Below the pieces are notes generated by a model that searched no databases, was not told the DNA's origin, and saw nothing but the letters and a program-made list of their open reading frames with translations. The translations under genes and the position numbers were made by a program. From the NCBI RefSeq assembly GCF_009914755.1, contig NC_060933.1: a stretch of DNA of 64,000 nucleotides. The stretch is one strand, 5' to 3'. The stretch comes from the human T2T-CHM13v2.0 reference genome, Homo sapiens. Below are positions 1-16,049 of this stretch, piece after piece (the first letter of the stretch is position 1; each line of letters begins with the position of its first letter).

Positions 1-164
1 AATAGATTGGCAGAAAAAAGGCATGTGTTATATAAACTTACAGACACATAAAGTTGTATGTTATTTTCAAACACAACTCTTAAGTACAGTCCCCATTTTG
101 ACAGGCCAAATTTATTTTAAAATCATATTAAGCTAATTTAGAAACGGATTTACTGCCACATTAC

Positions 165-206
165 CTGGAGGAACTAGCTGTATTAATTCAAACCTGGCTA
201 GGAAGC
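165..206 (-). CDS. SPATA6L: SPATA6L 42-nt in-frame exon (after exon 3; probable cassette exon), encodes (S)FLARFELIQLVPP
   Basis: Minus strand reads tttttcctttttAG|GCTTCC...CCTCCAG|GTAATG; phase 1-1, open frame; FELIQLVPP matches the SPATA6-family N-terminal domain as I recall it. Confidence 0.8.
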
Positions 207-459
207 CTAAAAAGGAAAAAATGAGATTTTAATACTTCCAAAAATTGCCACAGTCTTTCAATAATTATTAAGTTTTAAACTGTCATAAAACCCACTTAAT
301 AGTAATAATAATAAAAATAATAATTAAAAATAACTGCCAAACCAACATCAAATCAGGTATTTCTAGAATTAACCAATCAAGAGAGTGGAATGAGAATAAC
401 AGAATTATAAAAAATAGCATTTCACTAGCCATAAAAAAGAACAAGCGTTCATGTCTTTT

Positions 460-757
460 GAAGGATCTGGAGGCCATTATCAAACTAATGCAGAAAGAGA
501 AAACCAAATGCAGCCTGTTCTCACTTAAAAATGGGAGTTAAATGATGAGAACTCATGGACACACAGAGGGGACCAATACACACTGGGGCCTACTTGAGGG
601 TGAAGGGTGGGAGAAGAGAGAGGATCAGAAAAAATAACTATTGGATACTAGACTTAATACCTGGGTGACAATCTGTACAACAAATCCCCATGATACGGGT
701 TCACCTATATAACAAACCTGCACATATACCCCTAAACCTAAAAGTTAAAAAAAAAAG
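460..757 (+). mobile_element. L1 3' end fragment (L1PB/L1MA-like)
   Basis: Typical L1 3' UTR (ttctcactt...gatgagaac...aacaaacctgcac) ending in an A-tail. Confidence 0.8.
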
Positions 758-986
758 CATTTCACCTCCTGAAAAGTATTGAAAAAAAAAGATGCAATAT
801 TTGTCTCCTAAAAGTGTATACAATAAATAAATAAGTGTATACATACATAGAGCTCTAAAATAACAATGCAATTTTCATCTTAAATATTCAAAATCCACTT
901 GTTATGCATTAACATACAAAAGTTTATCTTGCTTACAACATTGTGCAATATGACTATACAAATTATACATAAAATATAACTTTTCA

Positions 987-1328
<342 letters not shown>

Positions 1329-1513
1329 TCAAAATATATTTAGAAATGGCAAACCTATGTAGAATGACAAGAATAAAATTAAAATAAGGACAAGAATAAA
1401 ATTCAGATCTTTAAGATAACTTAAATGATATATTAGGTTGGTGCAATTATAACAATTAAAAAATCAATAAAGATAATTCTCACAAAATAACATAACAAGT
1501 GAAAACATTTTAG

Positions 1514-1813
<300 letters not shown>

Positions 1814-2095
1814 TGAAAACATGTTAAACAGACAACAAAAGTAAAATTCTAACTTTGTAGATTTACGAAAAAAATTTGAATTCATAGGACAAAACTTTAA
1901 TGCCAAGAAACTTAAAAACCAAGACAGACTGAAACTTTAGGCTTTCAAAATGAGAGGAGGGAATATATATTTGCCAACCATCACCCCAATAGTAATTTAA
2001 GCACTTAGTTTGATTCAGCCTCTAAATTCTTTTTTTAAAATTTTTTTATTTCCACAGGTTATTGGGGAATAGATGGTGTTTGATTATAAGTTCTT

Positions 2096-2407
<312 letters not shown>

Positions 2408-2736
2408 ATAAGTTCTTTAGTGGTGATCTGTGAGATTTTGGTGCACCCATCACCCGAGCAGTACACACTGCACCCTATTTGTAGTCTTTTATCCCTCACT
2501 CCCTTCCCACCCTTTCCCCCTGAGTCCCCAAAGTCCATTATGTCATTCTTCTGTTTTTGCATCCTCATAGCTTAGCTCCCACTTATGAGTGAGAATATAC
2601 GATGTTTGATTTTCCATTCCTGAGTTACTTCGCTTAGAATAATAGTCTCCAATTTCATCCAGGTCATTGCTAATGCCATTAATTCATTCCTTTTAATGGT
2701 TGAGTAGTATTCCATCATATATAATGGAATATAGAA

Positions 2737-2739
<3 letters not shown>

Positions 2740-2771
<32 letters not shown>
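2740..2771. repeat. (CA)n microsatellite
   Basis: Direct reading. Confidence 0.95.
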
Positions 2772-2774
<3 letters not shown>

Positions 2775-4233
2775 CACAGTTTCTATATCCACTCGTTGAT
2801 TGATGGGCATTTGGATTGGTTCCACATTTTTGCAATTGCAAATTGTGCTGCATAAACATGCGTGTGTAAGTATTTTTTTCATAAAATGACCTCTTTTCCT
2901 CTGGGTAGACAGATACCCTAGCAGTGGGATTGCTGGATCAAATGATAGTTCTACTTTTAGTTCTTTAAGGAATCTCTACACTATTTTCCACAGTGGTTGT
3001 ACTAGTTTACATTCCCATCGGCAGTGTAGAAGTATTACCTGTTCACTGCATCTATGCCAACATCTACTATTTTTTGATTTTTTGATTATGGTCAGGCTCT
3101 AAATTCTATATAGTCAATTAATTCTCATCATAACTCTATGAGTCCAATGCAATGGCTATCCTCATTTTTATGAATGAAGAAACTAAATCTCAAAGAGGAA
3201 ACTATAGTAATGTGGACAAGGTCACACTGGCTAACAGTGACAGGGCTGTATTTGAACCCAAGTAGTCAGTTCTCAGGGACTGTCCTCTTATCCGCAAGAT
3301 ACTTCACTGAAAAATCCTATTCTTCCACAGAGCGAGTTAATTAGGATGCTTGATAAAATAACTACACCTTTTAATTGCCTTCTGGAATGGCATCACGTAA
3401 TTCATACTTGCTTTAAATATCAAGGACAAAGGAAATCATTAATGAGTGACCTAGAGAATGGTTGTTATGTCCTTTTATGCTTCATTACACCTCCCAGGGT
3501 TAATATTGGGAAATGAAATGAAAATATCCCAATTCTTGCAGGATCATTTGAAATGCTGAATTTTTTTTCTGAATTTAAAGAGGCTTGAGAGAATCAGTGT
3601 TCTTACAGATGTGACCCATCTCAGAGAGATGTTTCACCTTCCTGCTTTTTAAGATTCAGGTAGAAATATAAATGCAGGAAATCAACTTGGGTATTGAATC
3701 TACTTTTTAAAAGGTCAAATGCCAAAGCCATCATTTTTTATACCCAATTGCCTTGTTGGCTTCATGAGACACATACTTGCTCAGTGACTACCCTAACCTA
3801 TGCTACCTCTGTAGGTACTTACTCACTCTTTGCCTAATGTCAAACTCTTCAATCTACCTGGTATGCCAGCCTGAGACCTAGCCTGCTCCCATTCTGACTT
3901 CTACCCAGTATGGCCTCAGCTCACTTGGTACTTGTGTCTGGTCCTTTCTCTATATTCTGCTATTATCTGTGACCTTGGTCCTAATTCTTTCAACTGAGTA
4001 ACATCTCAGTTGCAAATTTCATAAAGCTTAAAAATGTAAATAAAAGTCATACCATCCACACACTTTTCACCCTTAAGACACTGGGAACACAAAAGGGCAA
4101 ACTAAACCTAAAGCAAACAGAGGAAAGAAAATAATAAAGATTAAGCAGAAAGTAATGAAATAGAAAACAGAAAAGCAACACAGAAAATCAATACATCTAA
4201 AAGTTGGTTGTTTAAAATGATCAATAAAACTGA

Positions 4234-4675
<442 letters not shown>

Positions 4676-4684
4676 TAGAAATAA

Positions 4685-4880
4685 TTTTTTTTTTAAGACA
4701 GAGTCCTGCTCTGTCACCCAAGCTGGGGTAGAGTGGTACGATCACAGCTCACTGCAGCCTCAACCTCCCTGACTCAAGCAATCCTTTCACCTCAGCCTCC
4801 TGAGAAGCAAATACCACAGGCACATGCCACCACACCCCACTAATTGTTGTTGTTGTTGTTGTATGGATGGGGGCTCCCAT
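4685..4880 (-). mobile_element. Partial Alu (AluJ/FRAM-like)
   Basis: One diverged arm. Confidence 0.8.
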
Positions 4881-5812
4881 AAAAATATTTTTAAGGGAAT
4901 ACTATGAACAACTTTATGCCAATGAATTAGATAAATGAAATGGAAAAACTCCTAAAAAGACACAAACTAATAACACTGACTCAAGAAGAAACAGAAAATC
5001 TGAAGAGACTTATAATGTGTAGAGAGATTAAATTAGTAATCAAAAAACAACCCAAAGACAAGCCCAGGTCCAGATGGCTTCACTGGTAAATACTACCTTA
5101 AGAATTAACACCAATTATTCACAACCTCTTCCAAAAACAGAGAAGAGGACAGAACATACCCCAACAGATTCCATGAAGTTAGCATTACCAAAACCAGATG
5201 AAGACATAACAAGAAAACAAAACTACAGACCAATATCTCTTATGATTGTAAATCCCAAAATCCTCAACATAATACTAGCAAACCAAATCCAGCAACATAT
5301 AGAAAGGCTTATATACCATAAGGTTGGTTTAATATCTAAAAATCACATATCAATGAAATAAAGGATAAAAAAATCACATGATCATCTCAATAGATGTAGA
5401 AAAGGCGTGTGATAAAATTCAACATTACTTCATGATAAAAACTCAGTAAACTAGGAATAAAGAGGAACTTCCTCAACCTGATATAGAGCACTTATAAAAA
5501 ACCATATTTTAATATTACAACTAATGGTGAAAAACTGAATGCTTTTTCCCTACTATCAGGAAATAGATAAGGATGCTCACTTTCACGGCTTCTATTCAAT
5601 ACTGTACTGGAGATTCTAGCCAGGGAAATTAGACATGAAAATGAAATAAAATGCGCACAAACTATAAAAGAAGAAGTAAAGCTGTTTCTACTTGCAGATG
5701 ACATAATTTTGCATATAGAAAATCCTAAGGAATCAGCAAAAAACTACTAAAACTAATAAACAAGTTCAGTATGTTTTCAGGATAAAATATCAGTATATAA
5801 AAATCAATTGTG

Positions 5813-6083
5813 GGCCAGGCGCGGTGGCTAACGCCTGTAATCCCAGCACTTTCGGAGGCCAAGGCAGGAGGATCACCTGAGGCCGGGAGTTCAAGATCAG
5901 CCTGACAAACATGGAGAAACCCCGTCTCTACTAAAAATACAAAAAATTAGCCGGGTGTGGTGGTGCATGCCTGTAATGCCAGCTACTAGGGAGGCTGAGG
6001 CAGGAGAATTGCTTGAATGAGGGAGGCAGAGATCTAGGCAACAAGAATGAAACTCTGTCTCAAACAAAAACAAAAACAAAAAC
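5813..6083 (+). mobile_element. Alu (AluS, right-arm deletion)
   Basis: Alu sequence with TSD aaaatcaattg. Confidence 0.9.
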
Positions 6084-6241
6084 AAAATCAATTGGATCTC
6101 TATAAACTTGAACAAACCTGAGAATGAAATTTTTAAAAATTCCACTTACAACAGCTTCAGAGTACTTAGGAATAAATTTAACCAAAAAATGCAACACTTG
6201 TAAACTGAAAATTACAAAACATCATTGAAAATAAATTTAAA

Positions 6242-6555
<314 letters not shown>

Positions 6556-7321
6556 CTAAATGAATGGAAACACATCCCACATTCATGTTTCAAAAATATT
6601 GTTAAGGTGACAATACTCCCCAAATTGATCTACAGTCAATGGAATCCCTGTCAATATCCTAGCTGGCTTCTTTGCAGACATTGACAAGATGATTGAAAAA
6701 TTCTTATGGAAACTCAAGTGAACCAAAATAGTAGTCTTGAAAAAGAAAAACTAAGCTGGAAGATTTACACTTCCTGGTTTTGAAATTTATTACAAAGCTA
6801 CGGTAACAGGATTGTGTGTTGGCATAACAATAGACATATGAATCAATAGAATAGAACTGAGACCCTAAAAGTAAACCCTCACATTACTGTAAGCTGAATT
6901 TCAACAAGGGTACCAAGACAATTCAATGAGGGAAAGAATGGTCTTTTATCAAATGGTGCTAAAACAAATGGATATCCATATGCAAAAGAATGAAGTTGGT
7001 CCCCAACATCACACTGTCTACAAAAATCAACACAGTATAAATCATCTAGATGTAAGAGCCAAAACTATAAAACCATTAGAAGAAAACATAGATGTAAGTC
7101 TTCATGACCTTGAGTTAGGCAATGGTTTCTTAGATATGACACCAAAAGCACAAGCAACAAAGGAAAAATAGATAAACTGAAATTCATCAAAATTAAAAAC
7201 TTTTGCATTTCAAAAAAATACCATCAAGAAAGTGAAAGACAATTCTAGAATGGGAGAAAATATTTGCAAATCATCTATCTAACAAAGGTCTTGTATCTAG
7301 GATATATAAAGAACATTTACA

Positions 7322-7626
7322 GGCCAGGCACAGCGGCTCATGTCTGTAACCCCAACACTTTGGGAAGCCCAGGAGAGAGGATCACTTAAGACCAGGAGTT
7401 CAAGACCAGCTGGGCAACATAGTGGCATCCTGTCTCTACAAAACAAAAACAAAAACAAAAAATAGCTAGGCATGGTGCTGTGCGCCTATAGTCCCAGCTA
7501 CTTCAGAGGCTGAGGTGGGAAGATCACTTGAGCCCAGAAAGTTGAGGCTTCAGTAAGCTATGATCGTGCCACTGCACTCCAGGCTAGGTGACAGAGCGAG
7601 ACCCTGTCTCAAAATAAACCAAAAAA
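7322..7626 (+). mobile_element. Alu (AluJ-like)
   Basis: Diverged dimer plus A-rich tail. Confidence 0.9.
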
Positions 7627-7949
7627 TAAAGACAAATGACCCCATTAAAAAGTAGGCAAAGGATCTGAATAGACATTTCCCCCAAAGAAAATACACAAAT
7701 GGCCAAATATCTCATGAAAATGTGTTCAATATCATTAGCCATCAGGGAAATGCAAATCAAAACAATGACGAGATACCACTTCACACCCACAAAGATGACT
7801 ACCAATCAAAATGACAGACAATAACAAGTGTCGGCCAGGATGTGGGAAAATGGAACCCTCATACATTGCTGGTGGGATGTAAAATGATTCAGCTGCTTTG
7901 GTAAATAATGTGAAACTTCTTTAAAAGGTTAAACATACAGTTACCACAT

Positions 7950-8691
7950 TGAAATGGGAAAAGCTCCTTTGTCCCCCTCTCAGGACGTGCGATGGGGGTG
8001 TGGCTCGCTTCTTCAGTGCTCCGCTGCTCAAACCTCTAGAGGAGCAGACAGACGGGGGCAGGCTGTGGGGTTCCGACCCCATAGCACTATCTAGGGGTGA
8101 ATGTTTACAGCTTGTGAAGCCCCAGTGGGTGTGTTTTACAGTTTGCCGTCTATAGGTGGCTTGTGTTAGCTCAATTAGACCCTCTACCATGTCGCAAGGA
8201 CAGAGGGCTTTCTGTACCCCCGGGTTTCTTGCCTTGGTGTACTGGAAGAATAGGATCACACATGGGCTTGGAGAATGAGTGTGAGGTTTTATTGAGTGGG
8301 GGTAGCTTTCAGCAGATGGGGGAGCCAGCAGGGAGATGGTTTTCCCCTGGAGTTGGGCCACTCGGCAGCCCCGGCTCTCTTCCAACTGCCCCGGCCAAAC
8401 TCCGTGTCGTTCTGCCAGTGCCAATGTACTCCTCTCGATGTCCAGCCGCTTCTGTCTCTGCCTTGCTAGGGTCTCCGTCTGTTACAGGCACAGGATGGGG
8501 GCATGGTGGGCCAGGATGGTCTTGGGAAATGCAACATTTGGGCGGGAAAGCAGGAGTGCCTGTCCTCACCTAGGTCTGTGGGGATGGAGCCCTAGCCAGG
8601 GACCACACCCTTCCTGTACCGAGCACTTCCCTTCCCTGGTCCATATCATTTAAAGGTACCACTCTCTTCTCTTCCCAGCACTCCTGTATCA
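7950..8691 (-). mobile_element. Solo LTR, ERV1 class (LTR9/MER61-like)
   Basis: TG...CA termini, about 4-bp TSD (ACAT/ATAT), splits the L1 sequence gagttacca|tatgacccagc; AATAAA on minus strand at 8288-8293. Confidence 0.75.
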
Positions 8692-9163
8692 ATATGACCC
8701 AGCAATTTCACTCCTAGGTATACCCAAGAGGCATTAAAACATATGTTCACACAAAAACTTATACACAAATATTCACAGCATCATTATTCATCATAGCCTA
8801 AAAGTGGAAACAACCCAAATGTCCATCAATTGATGACTAGAAAAACAAAATGTGATATATTCATCCAACAGAATACTATTTGGCCATACAAAAAATTAAG
8901 TTCTGGCACATGCTATAATATGGATGAATCTTGAAAACATTACACTAAGAATTCAATCACAAAGGAGCACATGTTGTATAATCTCATTCATATGAAATAT
9001 CCAGAATAAGCAAATCTATACAGACGGAAAGATTAGTGGTTACCTATAGCTAGGAGGGCTGGTGGGGAATAGGGAGTGATTGCTAATGGGCATAGGGCCG
9101 CTTTTTGTGGTGATAAAAATATTCTAATTTAATGAAACACATAAAAACAATTTTTATAAATAA

Positions 9164-9524
<361 letters not shown>

Positions 9525-9714
9525 AAGCCCATCTATATATAGAAAAGGGTATGTAACAGAATCAAAAATGTGATTCAAATTTTACGTAGGCTGTCTTGAA
9601 ATAAATATTCATCAAACATGAACATATCACAGTTTAGAAAAGAGCAGAGTTTTGAATCTGTGAATTACACACAATAGTCTTTTGGTTTTTTGTTTTGTTT
9701 TTCAGAGTACCTAC

Positions 9715-9763
9715 TTTCCAAAAGGTCTACTACAGCTCCAGGATCTACTGCACTTTCAAATAC
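9715..9763 (-). CDS. SPATA6L: SPATA6L coding exon 3 (49 nt; [16 protein letters not shown])
   Basis: Acceptor ttttctctgcAG, donor A|GTAGGT; continues the frame of exon 2. Confidence 0.92.
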
Positions 9764-9830
9764 CTGCAGAGAAAAATGGGGAAAATAAATTTTCAAAGTT
9801 GTATTAATAAGCGCATATAGAAACTGTAAA

Positions 9831-10110
9831 TGCCAGGTGCAGTAGCTCACACCTGTAATCCTAGCACTTTGGGAGGCCGAGGTGGGTGTATTGCTTAAGC
9901 TCAGGAGTTTCAGACCAGCCTGGGCAACATGGTGAAACCCTCTCTCTACAAAAAATACAAAAGTTAGCTGGGCATGGTGGCTCATGCCTGTATTCCCAGC
10001 TACTTGTGGGGCTGAGGCTGGAGGGTCACTTGAGCACAGGAGACAGAGGTTGCAGGGAGCCGAGATGGCATCACCACATTCCAGCATGGGAGAAAGAGTG
10101 AGACCCTGTG
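9831..10110 (+). mobile_element. Alu (AluJ-like)
   Basis: Dimer whose tail is replaced by a GGAA repeat. Confidence 0.9.
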
Positions 10111-10117
10111 AAAGAAA

Positions 10118-10177
10118 GGAAGGAAGGAAGGAAGGAAGGAAGGAAGGAAGGAAGGAAGGAAGGAAGGAAGGAAGGAA
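10118..10177. repeat. (GGAA)15 microsatellite
   Basis: Direct reading, 60 nt uninterrupted. Confidence 0.95.
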
Positions 10178-11007
10178 GGGAGGAGCCGTAAATTATATTC
10201 TTCCAAGTAATTAACATATGTAAAATCCAGTCACATAACATTTTAGAATTCAGCAGATGCACCTTTAATAGGTGTCTGATTAAAAGTTCAAAAAGTGATT
10301 ATAGAATAAATGAAGGATAATTAACACAACAATAAGAAGTGCAAGAAAATTTCAATTAGCTAAATCTACCACATGCTAAAAATATCATCGACTTGACCTA
10401 GCTCTACTGTTTGTTGCTAAAAGCCCATCTTAAATCAACCCCAGAGTGTTGTTTGACTACCTAGAAAAACATTCTGTATACAACAGATACTCATTAAATG
10501 TTAACTGAATGAATGGTTTCTCTCTCCAAGCAATTGGTTGTGCTAAAAAGGAACATAAAAAGAAATATTACCTATGCGTAACACAAAACAAAAGCTAAGT
10601 ACTAGCAACTAGCAGCTACACTCCCATAGAATAAGGAAAGAAAGAGAGAAGAGTCTCAAAAGTTTTAAGTGTATCGTGAAGCACAAGAAAAACATTGTAA
10701 TATCTGTCTAGCCATTGCCAAATCTTTATATTTTCTTCTTGAAACAAAAGGGCCTGGGATAGGATTGAAATAAAGGTACACCCTGTCTTTCCCCCTAAGC
10801 TCTAGGCCCTAAGAAAAACAAAACATTTTCAGCAGAGCTTGATTTCAGGCTTTAAAGTTCTGATTTAAATGGTATTCAAACTTAAACAAAAATGAAAGTG
10901 TCTCATATAATCAATTTTTGTCCTACTGACTTGGATTTATCAAGCAAATGTGGGTAAGTGGGGTTTTTTTGCCTAAATTATTTTAACAATCCTTTCATTT
11001 TACCCAT

Positions 11008-11890
11008 TGTTATGGGTTGAATTGTGTCCCCCCAAAAATTCATGGAATGAAGTCTTAAACCCAGTATCTCAGAATGTGACCTTAGTTTGCAAATAGGGTC
11101 ACTGCAGATAAAATTACTTAAATTAGAATAAGATCATACTGGGATAGGGTAGGCCTCTGATAAGACTGGTGTCCTTAGGAAGGGCAAAAATTTGAGCACA
11201 GAAACTGTTTTTTAAAAAAAAAAGAAAAAGAAAAGAAAAAAAACTTTAGGCAAAATTAAATTTATTTGAGCAAGGAGCGATTCATAAACTAGGCAGCACT
11301 CAGAACTAAAAGAGGTTCAGAGACCTCCGCTGCTGCATTATGGGCAGCAGGCTTTTACAGGTTGACATGAAAATAAGACAAAGAAAATATATTTAATTTG
11401 TTGGAGTGGAAAGACCCTAGTTAGAGATCAGCTGGCAGTTTCTGATAGGTAAAGTCTCTAGCTAAAGATTAGTTGGCAGTTTCTTATTGGTAAAATCTCT
11501 AGTTAGAGGTTCATTGGTGGCATCTGTTTGGTAAATGACTCTAGTTTTACTGTTTACATTGGGCTTCAGTTTGCTTACCTAGGAATTTAAAGCACTGGAG
11601 CCGCCCCAGCCTAATGACTTCCCCCACCCCCAATTTTTTTAACAGTACACACACAGAGTGAATGCCGTGTAAATATTGGAATTACACTGCCACAAGCCAA
11701 GGAACTATACCAGAAACTAGGAGAGAGGCCTGGAATAGGTCCTTCCCTAGTGCCTTTAAAAGGAATATGTCCCTGCTCACACTCTGATTTCAAGAATTGT
11801 AGCCTCCAGAACAGTGAGATGATATGTTTCTGTTGTTTAAGCCACTCTATTTGTGGTACTTTTGTATAGCAGCTCTAGGAAACTAATATA
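11008..11890 (+). mobile_element. MLT1-type MaLR LTR with a second LTR-like element (about 11206-11644) inserted
   Basis: Starts tgttatgggttgaattgtgtccccc and ends gcagctctaggaaactaatata, typical MLT1 termini; unrelated internal TG..CA block. Confidence 0.7.
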
Positions 11891-12384
11891 TCCATATCTA
11901 AGGATTTTCTCAAGTATGATCTTGGGGAGTAAATAATCAACATGAACTGCTTAAACAATGACTTATATATTCTTATGAGTAACTTGTTGACCCAAATGCT
12001 TCAGAAAATTCCATTTTGAATTACACAGAAGATCCGAGGAAAAGAAAATTTTTTCACTACCTGCTGAAAGTAGTTGCAGCTAGAGAAGGAAACAGATACA
12101 AGGAAGCTAAAACCAACAGGAAGAAAGGAATATGAACCCAAACAACTCATGCAAGAGGACAATTAATTGACTGAATTTTATAAAATGAAAAAGTGGTTCC
12201 ATGATTTGTTTGACTAGTAATCTCAAATGTACAGCTTTTCAACAGAGCCATAGTGGCATCTGAAATGTGACTCAGGCTCACTCTTCTCTTTGACAAATCA
12301 AGGAGGTTGGAGTTATCTAGTTGTGTGCTTCTACAGTTTTGTATCTTTGGGCTTCTTATAAAAATATTTTTAAAGACTTTTACA

Positions 12385-12641
12385 GGCCAGATGCAGTGGC
12401 TCATGCTGTAATCCCAGCACTTTGGAAGGCCAAGGCGGGCAGATCATTTGAGGCCAGGAGTTTGAGACCAGCCTGGCCAACATGGTGAAACCCTGTCTCT
12501 ACTAAAACTACAAAAATTAGCCTGGTGTGGTGGCAGATCCCTGAACCTGGGAGGCAGAGGGTGCAGTGCCCCAAGGTCTTGCCACTGCACTCCAGCCTAG
12601 GTGACAGAGCAACACTCTGTCTCCAAAAAAAAAAAAAAAAA
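12385..12641 (+). mobile_element. Alu with right-arm deletion
   Basis: Alu sequence plus polyA. Confidence 0.9.
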
Positions 12642-12998
12642 AGGCTTCTACAGAGCAAATTCAAAATTGATATAACTAATAAGAAAATTATTGGGATGGG
12701 GGAAAGACTGCACTTTTACCACCAACTTTTTACCATTTCTAACATCTAACTGGGAGAACTAAGTTCCTTTAGATTCTGAGTATATGTTCCAAGGTAATAG
12801 CCATTTATTTCTCTCCTCACTTATCCAGCCAGTTTGGTACATTCTTCATTTAAATTAATAGGTTGTGATTTATAAAAATGTTACATACAACCTTAGCCCT
12901 TCAGAAAATTGATCTTCATCTCCACTGTCAACCTCAGGTTGAAACAGATAGGTCACTTTCTGGGCATCACTTTCCAGACCTTTAAAAGTGACATGCTC

Positions 12999-14826
<1,828 letters not shown>

Positions 14827-15572
14827 TGTGACATGCTCTACTCTGTAGCCTTCCTTCTCCCCAGATCTCCCTCAATGACATTGTTTGGGGCAAAATCATT
14901 AGACTTATTAAGGTTAAAATTGATTCCATCTCCAAATTCCAAAACAAAAATGTTAAGAGATTGTCAGTGATGACATAGTAATAACATCAATATTCTATGA
15001 ATAGTTTAGTGTGAAGAAGGCTGGTAATGTTTTGACTATTTATATCACCATGTTATTCACCAGAATGGAATCTAGCCTTTATCACTGTAGCTAAATAATC
15101 TAGGTATGATCTGAGGAAACAGTAAATCTGAACAGCCTTTTTGTTACAGGATTTTAGTTACAGGATTTAACTAATTTCATTATTTTTTTTTCGCTATTTT
15201 TCTTGGTCTAACACAGTTTTTTCTAAGGTCCACAGTTTATTAATAATCCCTTTCGTAAATGTAATGCAATTACCTCTAACACCTCCAAAAACATTCAGAA
15301 ATGCTCTCTTTGCTCCAGTTAAAAAAATGCCATGGGAGTTCCAAGAATAGGAAACATCAACCAGGGTATTTAGCACTAGATTGACAGAACTTGGCTCAGA
15401 CCTGCATTACAAAAGCAAGTGTTCCGACTGCGGTTTTGCATTGTGCTGAAGTGCTTTCGGATAATTTTTTTAAAAATGAAATTTACCAAATAATGCTGTA
15501 AGAACTCTGTTCTTTATAAGAACTCTCAGGTTATCTTCAGACAACAAAAGCCAATGAGAAAGTCAAGATCAC

Positions 15573-15710
15573 CTTTTCAAATCTCATGCTCTCCTGAATC
15601 ATAATGGGGAACGCAGAGGGAAAGCTGTTGGTCTCCAGGTACTGATTCATGAGGTAGACCCCGAGGTACACATCTTGTTTGCCAGGCAGGAACACTCCTG
15701 GGCAAGAAAT
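15573..15710 (-). CDS. SPATA6L: SPATA6L coding exon 2 (138 nt; ISCPGVFLPGKQDVYLGVYLMNQYLETNSFPSAFPIMIQESMRFEK)
   Basis: Acceptor ttctttttaAG, donor AAG|GTGATC; SPATA6-domain sequence. Confidence 0.93.
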
Positions 15711-15899
15711 CTTAAAAAGAAAGAAAACAACAAACAAGGGAGAGAAAACAGACTTTGCTTTGTTTTGTTACACGGGGCTCTATTTCTCTTAAGCTCCTAC
15801 AGACACTGACATTTTCCCCATCACCTCACTCCCTCACCTGTACCTCCCAACGCCAACATCCTCCCCTCTGCTCTCCTCACATTGGAAATTCCAACTCCC

Positions 15900-16049
15900 T
15901 CCCACGTCTCCACCAGGTGTCACAATCGCGCTCTCGCCGGCTCCTCTCCCCGCCCCTCCGGGATGGTAGTGCGGAAGCGGAAGAGGCTGCAGGGCCGGGA
16001 AGCCTCTGTTTGGTCCGGCCAGGTCCCGGGATCCGGGCCGCCAGCTGCG
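15900..16049 (+). promoter_or_regulatory. PLPP6: PLPP6 CpG-island promoter and 5' UTR
   Basis: GC box CCCCGCCCC near 15947, tandem ETS-like GCGGAAGCGGAAG near 15971, CCGGGAAG; CpG-dense through the CDS. Confidence 0.75.

Noticed and set aside
7921-8653. 136-167 aa ORFs
   Set aside because: Fall inside a GC-rich solo LTR; no Gag/Pol/Env similarity visible
15882-15962. 351-aa version of the PLPP6 ORF
   Set aside because: Begins at TTG in the promoter region; only the ATG at 15963 is retained as a candidate extension
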